Origin: an uncultured Bacteroidia bacterium
GTDB taxonomy: Bacteria > Bacteroidota > Bacteroidia > Bacteroidales > CAJPTX01
Assembly (NCBI GenBank): GCA_963552845.1
Contig: CAUVMY010000001.1
Coordinates: 1-27,104 of the forward strand
Reading direction: 5' to 3'
Length of the DNA: 27,104 nucleotides
In this document: positions 7,965 through 15,960 of the stretch, piece by piece
Layout: the number at the start of each line of letters is the position of its first letter
Numbering within the stretch: position 1 is the stretch's first letter
Notes under the pieces: generated by a model
What the model was told of the DNA's origin: nothing
Seen by the model: only the letters and a program-made list of their open reading frames with translations
Databases searched by the model: none
Program-made: the position numbers and the translations under genes

Positions 7965-8888
7965 ATGAACGATTTTGAAAAGTGGGAGGCAGCCTACAAA
8001 CGGCAGGATATGTCTTGTTTCAATACATCGCCCGAAGCCGTACTCTGGCTCAAAATAAAAGATCTTTCGTCGCAACTCCCTGCCATAGCCAAACAACTGG
8101 CAATAACTTTTTACACAAGTGGTGTTCGAGCCCATTGCCAAGAGCTTTATACTTATTTGCTCGAAAAACCAGAACTCCGCAATAAATTTGAAAATTTCCG
8201 CCAATTCTATTGCCAAAAACACTCACCCAGTTGGAACAATACATTGCCAGCTTCTTTGCAAGAAGTTCCGACCTACAACTGGGTAGAACACTACATGCCA
8301 TCGCTCGACCGATACTTTGCCGCCACCTACTTGCCTCGCTTCCCTTCTTTTACTGCGTTAGAGTCAATGAAAGAAAAAATTGCCGCTGAGGCATGGGAAT
8401 TTGTACAGAATGCATGGTACGACCATTGGACACGAAATTACATAGAGCAGCTGTTCTTTGCGCATCCCCGCGTTCTTCCTTCAATGGGCACATTACGAGG
8501 TGTTGATTTCTTTATTGATGATTGCCCGATGAAATTAAAGCTCCTCTATTTCCCCCAAGCCTTTCTAAAATCTAGAAAGGGTACTGACGTTGCCACTACC
8601 GTAAATGAGAGCCTGAAAAATCCTAAAGAATTGCTCGTGTGGCTTTATACTGAGCAGTGCCGCCTCCGTTTTGGCGCAGAGAATCGGCTCTACCTTATAT
8701 TTCATGACACGACGAAACCCGAAAACTCTTGGGAGCTCAAACGAGCCCAAAAATTACTTGCAGAAAAGATTGAAAATTACCTCACACAATTTGAGCCCAA
8801 CAGACTGCCATCTATTACTTTCCCATTTGGCGGGAAAACATACACTGTACTTGCAGATACTCTTTTCGTCCTAAAAAACGGGAATTAA
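7965..8888 (+). CDS. Hypothetical protein resembling a PD-(D/E)xK type II restriction-endonuclease-like family; possibly inactive
   Basis: Intact 307-aa ORF; motifs 'WYDHWT..IE.LF..HPRV', 'VDFFIDDCPMKLK', 'RFGAENRLYL' recalled from methyltransferase-linked Bacteroidota/Helicobacter proteins (recall only, not searched). Confidence 0.55.
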   Translation: MNDFEKWEAAYKRQDMSCFNTSPEAVLWLKIKDLSSQLPAIAKQLAITFYTSGVRAHCQELYTYLLEKPELRNKFENFRQFYCQKHSPSWNNTLPASLQEVPTYNWVEHYMPSLDRYFAATYLPRFPSFTALESMKEKIAAEAWEFVQNAWYDHWTRNYIEQLFFAHPRVLPSMGTLRGVDFFIDDCPMKLKLLYFPQAFLKSRKGTDVATTVNESLKNPKELLVWLYTEQCRLRFGAENRLYLIFHDTTKPENSWELKRAQKLLAEKIENYLTQFEPNRLPSITFPFGGKTYTVLADTLFVLKNGN

Positions 8889-9211
8889 GATTTGTCCCAA
8901 TTATTCATTGATGACTCTCCAACCCCCAGAAGTTGACTAGAAAATCGCCCGAATCGCGAAATTTATGTAACGAAATCAACTCCGTAACCTCACGATACGC
9001 CTCTTTTTGCACTGAAAGTACAGTACAATTAAGCTTATTGCAACACCTTAAGTTGTAATAGTTACCAGATCCATGCGCCTGTCAGGGCAATACTACTTTC
9101 GTAAAAGTAAGATCGAATTCAGGTATTCTATTGTATTTTTTACGGGCTCTTATAATGCGTCACTCATGCCCCGTACCGTTTCTACTTTAGTTAGTTCGGT
9201 ACATTTTTACC

Positions 9212-9219
9212 TATATTTG
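9212..9219 (+). promoter_or_regulatory. Bacteroidota -7 promoter element TATATTTG for right peptide cassette
   Basis: Matches TAnnTTTG 18 nt upstream of ATG 9238; same octamer as the left cassette. Confidence 0.65.
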
Positions 9220-9237
9220 TCTTAGAAACTTAAGGGC

Positions 9238-9453
9238 ATGTTAATCACGAAAAATGTACTGCAGATAATTGCCTTTATGCCTGCAACGGCAGTTTTTGCC
9301 GCGACGCGCATACATTTTCAAACAAGTTGTGGTTATGAGATTGATCTGGAGTATGGAGATTGTCATACGATGAAGGATGTGATAAATGATGCCCTTATCC
9401 TAGAAGATTTCTCCTGTGTCGATCGGACTTCTGATTTTAATACATTTTCATAG
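9238..9453 (+). CDS. Small secreted acidic Cys-containing peptide (TSCG motif)
   Basis: Signal-like N-terminus ending AVFA/, then 'FQTSCG...DC...SC' (Cys31, 42, 60); first gene of the peptide-GLPGLI-barrel operon with upstream promoter. Confidence 0.7.
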   Translation: MLITKNVLQIIAFMPATAVFAATRIHFQTSCGYEIDLEYGDCHTMKDVINDALILEDFSCVDRTSDFNTFS

Positions 9454-9467
9454 TTCATGTAATAGCA

Positions 9468-9504
9468 ATGCGCATTGTCCTTATATGTCGTGCGCATCTT
9501 TTTT
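9468..9504 (+). terminator. Terminator-like hairpin between peptide and GLPGLI gene
   Basis: ATGCGCA(9468-9474)...TGCGCAT(9491-9497) followed by CTTTTTT; inner stem imperfect. Confidence 0.5.
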
Positions 9505-9512
9505 AGAGAAAA

Positions 9513-10376
9513 ATGCGAGCAACTATTTTTATTACTCTGTCAACCATTTTTGCAGTTCTACTCGTTCACGGGCAAACAGTTTCTACGAATAATGTTCCCG
9601 TTGAGGCGCTTGCCCTTAAGGGAATAGACAGTGCACACTATCGTATCTATTACAGGATGTATCTCGTCCGTGACACCTTGGATTACACAAAAAAGACAGA
9701 AGCACAAACGGTTCTCTTTGTCGGAAAGAAGCTCAGTACATTTCTCGACTACTACCAGTTCCGTTCAGACTCCCTTTATAACGAGCTGGCTGCTGCACAT
9801 AAGAACAGTACTGAAGTTCTGAGTGCTATACTTCCTCTTCAGCGTGTCGCCAATTTTAAGTTACACATAGCCAAGAATTATCCCGCTAAGAACGAGTTTA
9901 CATTCCAACAAAAATTTGGCTCGTTGGGAATTTTCCAGTACCTAGACAAAGACGTACGTTTAGATTGGAAACTTGAGGGCGGTGTCCAGACCATAAAAGG
10001 TTATGAGTGTAAAAAAGCGACGTGCCACTATCGTGGACGCGATTATATAGCATGGTATGCACCAGAGATTCCGCTTACCGATGGACCTTATGTCTTTACA
10101 GGTCTTCCAGGACTCATTATTAAAATAGACGATACGAAAAATCAAGTGGGCTTTACCCTAAACGGTTTCAAGAAGTTAGATTCAAAAGAAAAGATATACA
10201 TAAAAGAGGAGGAAGTTCGGAACGTTTCTCGTGAGGAAATGCGTAAAACGGAGCGTAATCTCGCGACTTCGCCCGCTGCAATGCTTCAGTTGCTGAGTGG
10301 AAAAGTATCAACAGAAACGGAAAATTCTGCTCGCCGACTTCCTGAACGCCCATACAATCCAATAGAGTTAGAGTAG
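9513..10376 (+). CDS. GLPGLI family secreted protein (copy 2)
   Basis: Signal peptide ..VHG/Q; 'W......IKGYECKKATCHYRGRDYIAWYAPEIPLTDGPYVFTGLPGLII' and C-terminal 'YNPIELE'. Confidence 0.95.
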   Translation: MRATIFITLSTIFAVLLVHGQTVSTNNVPVEALALKGIDSAHYRIYYRMYLVRDTLDYTKKTEAQTVLFVGKKLSTFLDYYQFRSDSLYNELAAAHKNSTEVLSAILPLQRVANFKLHIAKNYPAKNEFTFQQKFGSLGIFQYLDKDVRLDWKLEGGVQTIKGYECKKATCHYRGRDYIAWYAPEIPLTDGPYVFTGLPGLIIKIDDTKNQVGFTLNGFKKLDSKEKIYIKEEEVRNVSREEMRKTERNLATSPAAMLQLLSGKVSTETENSARRLPERPYNPIELE

Positions 10377-10379
10377 GAG

Positions 10380-12992
10380 ATGGCACTGCGCATATACGGC
10401 TTCGCAGTACTTCTCTTTTTGGTATTTCCCAAGATTTATGGACAGGACATTAAGACGTATAGAACGAAAATCTTGGGTAGTGATACAGGTAAGGGGCTTG
10501 AAAATGTGATATGGCAGACGCAAGATAAAGATGGTAACACACTATACTACGGCTTCTCAGATAGTGAAGGTAATCTTGATGTAATTGCTTCACCAACCGC
10601 CGCTACTATACAGTTCCGACTAGTCGGCTATACACCTCAGATATTAGATGCTGTTCAATTTAGAACACTCAATAAGAAAACGATTGTTCTTATTGCGTCT
10701 CCTACAGAGATCCCAGAGGTGCGAATTGTTTTGCCAGCAATTACACAACGAGCAGATACAATCAACTATAATGCGGCGAGTTTTACGAGAAGCGAAGACC
10801 GTTATGTGGTAGATCTGTTAAAAAGATTACCAGGTATTAACGTATTGGCTAACGGAGCGGTGACCTATCAAGGTGAACCTATTGGGAAGTTTTATATAGA
10901 AGGACATGATTTATTGGGCGGGCGCTACACACTGGCAAGCAATAATCTTCCAGTTGAAGTAGTCGCATCGGTTGATATCATTGAAAATCACCAGCCTGTG
11001 AAGGCGTTACATGGTTTACAAAGCAGTGATAAAGCGGCGTTGAACATACGCCTTAAGGAAAAATTCAAACTGCGTCCATTTGGGGAGCTGGAAGCAGGGG
11101 GAGGATATGCCGAATCTTATACAGGCAAATTCTTTCTTGGACTTTTTGAAAAAAGATTTCAACTTGTTACTAATCTAAAAGGGGGCAATACTGGGCATTA
11201 TATTTTGGGTGAAACAGAAGACAAATTCCGTACAGATAATTTGTTTTTTTACGCTCCTCCAGCTGCAAATTATTTATCTTCTCCTATCCCTCTGACGACA
11301 CCTTTATCTCAGGAACAATACCTTTTTAATCAAACCTATTTGGCAAGTTGCAATGCACTTCTCGCACTTGCAAAGAACAAAGAGCTAAAAATCGGATTAG
11401 CGCAAGGCATGGATTGGCAGAAGCAGAATTTCCGAAAACAGGAGACGCTTCGTATTGGTAACAGAGTCCTTATGTTTCAAGAACAAACAGCATTATATAA
11501 TCGTGAACAAAAGGGAACACTTACTCTTGGTTATGAGTATAATGGAGATAGAGCTTATTTGCACAATACACTCTCCTATCGCCTTGAAGGGGAACATAAG
11601 CGCGCCTCGCTTAATAACAATGGTGCGCTTCTTGGCAATCAAACAAACTCACAAGAACATTACATACAAAATAATTTAAGTCTACTCTTTCGTACACAAA
11701 CTCATTTGCTTTACAAATTCCAATCCTTGCTGCGTTGGAGCGCTGATGCTGAGCTACTGAGCGTAGAAAAGAAGAACGAAAATAAAGGACTATACGAAAA
11801 ATTTCGTGCACAAGAACTGATCAATAGAAACCAAATAAGTGGCGGTTATAACTTTTCAAGGCATCGTCTTGGTCTGACATTTGAGAGCAATTATGTGCGA
11901 GGAATGTTTAATAATGAGATTGAAACAATTCAGAATTTTGGAAATGTACAGAGTTTAATATCCCCTGCTCAGAAGTTAGTTATAGAGCTTTTTGAATTTT
12001 TAATTACGCCAAGCTATACCTTTCAATTACACAATAAATCGTTCCTTTATATAAATCTTCCATTGAATTACAGGTATTACTATTTCGGAAATTATAAGGA
12101 GCAGTATCCATTCTTTAGCCCCTCTTGTGGTGTGCAACTCTTTCTTACGCGTAGATGGCAATTAAATGTAGGAGGGGCAAGGCAAGGTGAATATACCGAT
12201 GGAGCGAATTTGCTTTATACACCCTATTTCTCGAGTTATCGTACGGTTTTTATGCCTAACCAAAAGGTGGGTACACAAATAAACTATAGCGCTCGTGCTT
12301 CCTTGCAGTATAAGAATTTGGTGCAACTGCTTTTTGCTAATTTTCGCGCGCTCTATCAATATTCTGAACAAGATTATAGATTGAGTAGCGTATCAACGCA
12401 AGAGCTAACATATACGACTTATATGCGAGAGCCAGCAATTAGTCACTGGCTTTTATTGTCTTCCGAACTGTCAAAAACAATCTCAGCGAGTCATCTTACC
12501 CTGACAGCGACACCTACTTATACGAGTCGACGAGCAGATTTAATGCGTCAGAATATCCGCTTTTCAAATTTGTCTCATAGCGCCTCTCTTGAACTGAAGA
12601 GCGAATGGCATACTTCGTCGTCATTGTTCTCCTGTGTTTACGACCTAAAAGGCAGGAAGACGTGGAATAAGAATACACTTTCAGATGTTTCGAGCTTTAA
12701 TGATTTCCAGCAAGGGTTGGCTCTATATCTATTCCCTTTTCACCAATTAGAGCTATCGATTCGAACAAATCATATTCTCTACGAACAAGAAAAAAATTCC
12801 TACCAAAATTTTTATCTACTCGATGCTTCTGCGCAATATAAATATAGAAAATATTTGTTTTTGCTAAAAATCAGCAATATCCTAAATACAACAAAGTATG
12901 TAATTACTGCCCAGTCTGACATCTCATCATACCATCAAGAAATTCCACTTCGTCCTTTAGAAATTATAGCAACTATAAAATTTTCTTTTTAG
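10380..12992 (+). CDS. Outer-membrane beta-barrel, TonB-dependent-receptor-like (N-terminal carboxypeptidase-regulatory-like domain plus plug), GLPGLI-associated type
   Basis: Signal peptide ..IYG/Q; plug-like 'DTINYNAASF...DLLKRLPGINV...KFYIEG.DL...LNIRLK'; alternating amphipathic strands; C-terminal Phe (IKFSF). Confidence 0.85.
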   Translation: MALRIYGFAVLLFLVFPKIYGQDIKTYRTKILGSDTGKGLENVIWQTQDKDGNTLYYGFSDSEGNLDVIASPTAATIQFRLVGYTPQILDAVQFRTLNKKTIVLIASPTEIPEVRIVLPAITQRADTINYNAASFTRSEDRYVVDLLKRLPGINVLANGAVTYQGEPIGKFYIEGHDLLGGRYTLASNNLPVEVVASVDIIENHQPVKALHGLQSSDKAALNIRLKEKFKLRPFGELEAGGGYAESYTGKFFLGLFEKRFQLVTNLKGGNTGHYILGETEDKFRTDNLFFYAPPAANYLSSPIPLTTPLSQEQYLFNQTYLASCNALLALAKNKELKIGLAQGMDWQKQNFRKQETLRIGNRVLMFQEQTALYNREQKGTLTLGYEYNGDRAYLHNTLSYRLEGEHKRASLNNNGALLGNQTNSQEHYIQNNLSLLFRTQTHLLYKFQSLLRWSADAELLSVEKKNENKGLYEKFRAQELINRNQISGGYNFSRHRLGLTFESNYVRGMFNNEIETIQNFGNVQSLISPAQKLVIELFEFLITPSYTFQLHNKSFLYINLPLNYRYYYFGNYKEQYPFFSPSCGVQLFLTRRWQLNVGGARQGEYTDGANLLYTPYFSSYRTVFMPNQKVGTQINYSARASLQYKNLVQLLFANFRALYQYSEQDYRLSSVSTQELTYTTYMREPAISHWLLLSSELSKTISASHLTLTATPTYTSRRADLMRQNIRFSNLSHSASLELKSEWHTSSSLFSCVYDLKGRKTWNKNTLSDVSSFNDFQQGLALYLFPFHQLELSIRTNHILYEQEKNSYQNFYLLDASAQYKYRKYLFLLKISNILNTTKYVITAQSDISSYHQEIPLRPLEIIATIKFSF

Positions 12993-13119
12993 CTAAAGAG
13001 AAATAGGGGATACTCATAGAAGTACATAATCTAAGCAGTAGGCAGTGTTTTTCCCAGCATTGTGTTTAAGGATAGTAATAGCTTAAATTGTAGCATCAAA
13101 ATGAGTCTCTAAAAAAGGT

Positions 13120-13127
13120 TAACTTTG
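13120..13127 (+). promoter_or_regulatory. Bacteroidota -7 promoter element TAACTTTG for tRNA/FKBP operon
   Basis: TAnnTTTG 18 nt upstream of the tRNA. Confidence 0.7.
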
Positions 13128-13145
13128 CGCGTGTTTGTGATACGA

Positions 13146-13219
13146 GGCCCCGTAGTTCAGCTGAATAGAACGTCAGATTCCGGTTCTGAAAGTCGTGGGT
13201 TTGAATCCCGCCGGGGTCA
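13146..13219 (+). tRNA. tRNA-Arg (anticodon CCG)
   Basis: Cloverleaf: acceptor GGCCCCG/CGGGGTC, D-stem GTTC/GAAC, anticodon stem TCAGA/TCTGA with CCG at 13180-13182, T-stem GTGGG/CCCGC; CCA not encoded. Confidence 0.96.
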
Positions 13220-13281
13220 CAAACCTGTCATTATCAGACAGTAAATGTATGCTAATAATTGAAGGAAGGGAAGTTTGTCAG

Positions 13282-14058
13282 ATGAGTCGTTTGTTCAGAA
13301 TCTCAAGTCTAGTTGCTATTGCATTGGTAGCGAGCGCTGTATTGTTAGGATGTAAGGAGAAGAAGGCGCAAGAAATAGTACCTGGCTCGCCCGAAGATAC
13401 TGCTGAGAATGCATTAAAGAATTACGACTACAAGAAGCTGAGCTATGCGCTCGGTCTCTCCGCAGGGCAATACATAGCCAATGAAGAAATTAAGTTGCAG
13501 TACGACGAATTCAAACGTGGTCTGGACGACGCAATAAAGAAAACTCCTAGTATGACGGACGAGGAAATACAGGATGTGATGCGTAATTATATGATGACGC
13601 GTATGGAAGCTGTTGCTAGTGCTAACAGTGCTGCTGCAAAGAGATTCTTTGACTCTATCGCTACACAAGAAGGCGTGCAGAGCGATCCCTCTGGTCTGTA
13701 CTACAAGGTAATCGCAGAAGGCAACGGAGTACAGCCTACTGATAGCAGTTCGGTTCTTATGAACTATAAGGCACGTTTTATCAATGGTGAGGAGTTTGAC
13801 TCAAATGGCGACGAACCTGTACTGATAGACCTGCGTCGTGTTATTCAAGGCTGGACGATTGGTATACCGAAGTTGAAACAAGGTGCCAAAGCTACGCTTT
13901 ACATCCCTGCGGAATTGGCGTACGGTGTGCGCGGTCGCGATCGAGTACCTGCTAATGCGACGCTAATTTTTGACGTTGAGTTGGTAAAGGTTATGATGCC
14001 TGCTGACGTGGAAGCCTATACCAAGGAAATGGAGCAAAAGGCAAGTGTCCAAAAGTAA
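13282..14058 (+). CDS. FKBP-type peptidyl-prolyl cis-trans isomerase (FkpA/Mip-like), lipoprotein
   Basis: Lipobox LLGC; FKBP_N 'SYALG'; 'SGLYYKV..EGNG', 'EFDS', 'VIQGW', 'LYIPAELAYG', 'LIFDVEL'. The ORF-track start at 13195 lies within the tRNA, so ATG 13282 is used. Confidence 0.93.
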   Translation: MSRLFRISSLVAIALVASAVLLGCKEKKAQEIVPGSPEDTAENALKNYDYKKLSYALGLSAGQYIANEEIKLQYDEFKRGLDDAIKKTPSMTDEEIQDVMRNYMMTRMEAVASANSAAAKRFFDSIATQEGVQSDPSGLYYKVIAEGNGVQPTDSSSVLMNYKARFINGEEFDSNGDEPVLIDLRRVIQGWTIGIPKLKQGAKATLYIPAELAYGVRGRDRVPANATLIFDVELVKVMMPADVEAYTKEMEQKASVQK

Positions 14059-14065
14059 ATAGAGA

Positions 14066-14515
14066 ATGCCAGACAATAATGTAACTCTAACCGTTGAGGG
14101 GAAACTTATTTCAGTACTCCCCAAACAAGAAGGGGAAGGAAGAAACGGACACTGGCAGCGCCAAAGCTTTGTAATTGAGATGCAACGCGGGAGTTATCCC
14201 ACTCCCGTGTGCTTTGATGTATGGGGCGATCAGGTTAATACCTTGGCTTCGCTTCAGGTGGGCGATATTTTAACAGTTTCGTTTGATCCGTCTTCTCGCG
14301 AATTTAACGGACGCTGGTACACAAGTTTACGCGCTTGGCGTATTACACTGGCAGGCGGAACTGCTGTAGATCGTCCGAGCACAACGGAAGTGGTTGACCA
14401 ACAACCTCAGCAACAAGTAGCTGATACAGTGCCTCATGTGGATACGAGTAGCACGACAAGCTACCAAGATGAAAGTGCAAAACTGCGAGGCGGAGATGAA
14501 GATTTGCCTTTCTAA
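14066..14515 (+). CDS. DUF3127 family OB-fold protein
   Basis: 'W.RQ.FVIE....YP..VCF.VWG', 'SREFNGRWYTSLRAWRI', acidic tail EDLPF. Confidence 0.9.
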   Translation: MPDNNVTLTVEGKLISVLPKQEGEGRNGHWQRQSFVIEMQRGSYPTPVCFDVWGDQVNTLASLQVGDILTVSFDPSSREFNGRWYTSLRAWRITLAGGTAVDRPSTTEVVDQQPQQQVADTVPHVDTSSTTSYQDESAKLRGGDEDLPF

Positions 14516-14545
14516 TAGAAAGGGTCTTTTCTAAAAAAGAGTTGA

Positions 14546-15958
14546 ATGATATGGAACATAAAGAGCTTATGGGGTCTCACCTGTAGGCTCTTCTTTTTTA
14601 CCTTTATTGAGCTATTTTTCTTGCAGAGTTGCACAGAGGAGAAGGAACAATTGGCAACACCGTCACTTCTCTCTTTTTCGCACGACACAGTGCGTTTTGA
14701 TAGTGTTTTCTCTGCCGAAGTCTCTCCAACTAAATTGGTACGCATTTATAATCGCAGTGGTCGTCCTATACGTCTTCCACGCTTGTCATTGGTAGGCGGT
14801 ACTGAAAGTGCATTTTCACTACTAATCGACGGAGCGGCTACATCAGAAAAGGAGAATCTTCGCATTGATGCTCATGATAGTCTAACCTTGGTTGTAAGAC
14901 TTCGCCCAGAAGTGCAAGGAATTAACTCCTCGTTGGTCTCCGATGAGGTTGAAGTTTTTATGACTAATACGCTATCACACCGTTTACGTCTCGAGGCTTG
15001 GGGATTGCCTCATATTGACTTTGCGGAAGATGAGATTACAAAAGATACTGATTGGGCAGGAGCACCTGCCCGTATTATTACAAAACCGATAGTTGTTCGT
15101 AAAGGAGTTACGCTACGCATTTTGCAAGGGGCTTCCATCTATTTTCGCCCAAAGGCTTCCCTTACCGTTTATGGAAGGCTTATTGTTGAAGGAACCACAA
15201 ATCAGCGTGTCTTGTTCGCAGGCACACGCTTAGATTCTGCCTATAAATACACGCCAGAGCAGTGGCTAGGCTTGTTACTAATGCCTGGAAGCGGACCACA
15301 CAAAATACGTAATGCTACATTTCGATCCGCCGTAACAGCAATACGTACTGATAGCATTATAAAGGATTGCGATTTAGAAAATGTAATTATCACCAGTTGT
15401 AGCAGAGATGCGATAGCGCTTCGCAAGTCTTCACTTCGCCTACAAGGCTCTATTTTGGCGCAAAACTCGGGAGCAGCGCTCTCACTGAGGGGTGCTAACG
15501 TTACAATGGATTTTTGTACCCTCAGTGGCGATACGCGTTTTGGACAATCCCGACGCTCTAGCCTTATTCTTTTAGACACACCACCCGAGGGAAGTGAAAA
15601 CACACTTTACATTGCCAACTCTATTGTTTGGGGAGCATATTCCAACGAAATTCGCGCAATCGGCAAAGCAAAAATAGAGGTGCTCTCTGCGACCCATTCT
15701 ATCTTCAAATGGTCGAGCCAACGTCCTCTAAATGCTTCAGAGTGGCAATCCGTTTTATATTCCGATCCTTTACTAGAAGCCCCTACAAAGCTCAATCTGG
15801 AACTAAAAAAAGCAAGCCCAGCACGTGGCTCGGGAAGTATACAAAATCAGGATGCCACATCCCTTTATGACTTGAAAGGACGTAAACGGCTACATCCCGA
15901 TGGTACTGTAGATCGCGGTGCTTTGGTCTACGAAGAAAGGTCGGTTACCAAACGCTAG
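14546..15958 (+). CDS. Lipoprotein with Ig-like N-domain and right-handed beta-helix
   Basis: Lipobox LQSC; 'LSFSHDTVRFDSVF...VRIYN', 'G.L.VEGT....V.F...R', parallel beta-helix-like repeats, C-terminal 'DLKGRKR...DRGA'. Confidence 0.75.
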   Translation: MIWNIKSLWGLTCRLFFFTFIELFFLQSCTEEKEQLATPSLLSFSHDTVRFDSVFSAEVSPTKLVRIYNRSGRPIRLPRLSLVGGTESAFSLLIDGAATSEKENLRIDAHDSLTLVVRLRPEVQGINSSLVSDEVEVFMTNTLSHRLRLEAWGLPHIDFAEDEITKDTDWAGAPARIITKPIVVRKGVTLRILQGASIYFRPKASLTVYGRLIVEGTTNQRVLFAGTRLDSAYKYTPEQWLGLLLMPGSGPHKIRNATFRSAVTAIRTDSIIKDCDLENVIITSCSRDAIALRKSSLRLQGSILAQNSGAALSLRGANVTMDFCTLSGDTRFGQSRRSSLILLDTPPEGSENTLYIANSIVWGAYSNEIRAIGKAKIEVLSATHSIFKWSSQRPLNASEWQSVLYSDPLLEAPTKLNLELKKASPARGSGSIQNQDATSLYDLKGRKRLHPDGTVDRGALVYEERSVTKR

Positions 15959-15960
15959 GT

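Noticed and set aside
6480..13219. tRNA-anchored integrative island (AT-rich barrel gene next to tRNA-Arg)
   Set aside because: The accessory block lies on the 5' side of the tRNA; no integrase and no duplicated tRNA 3' end were seen
13195..13281. ORF-track N-terminal extension of the FKBP gene
   Set aside because: It overlaps the tRNA; the lipoprotein signal peptide begins at ATG 13282
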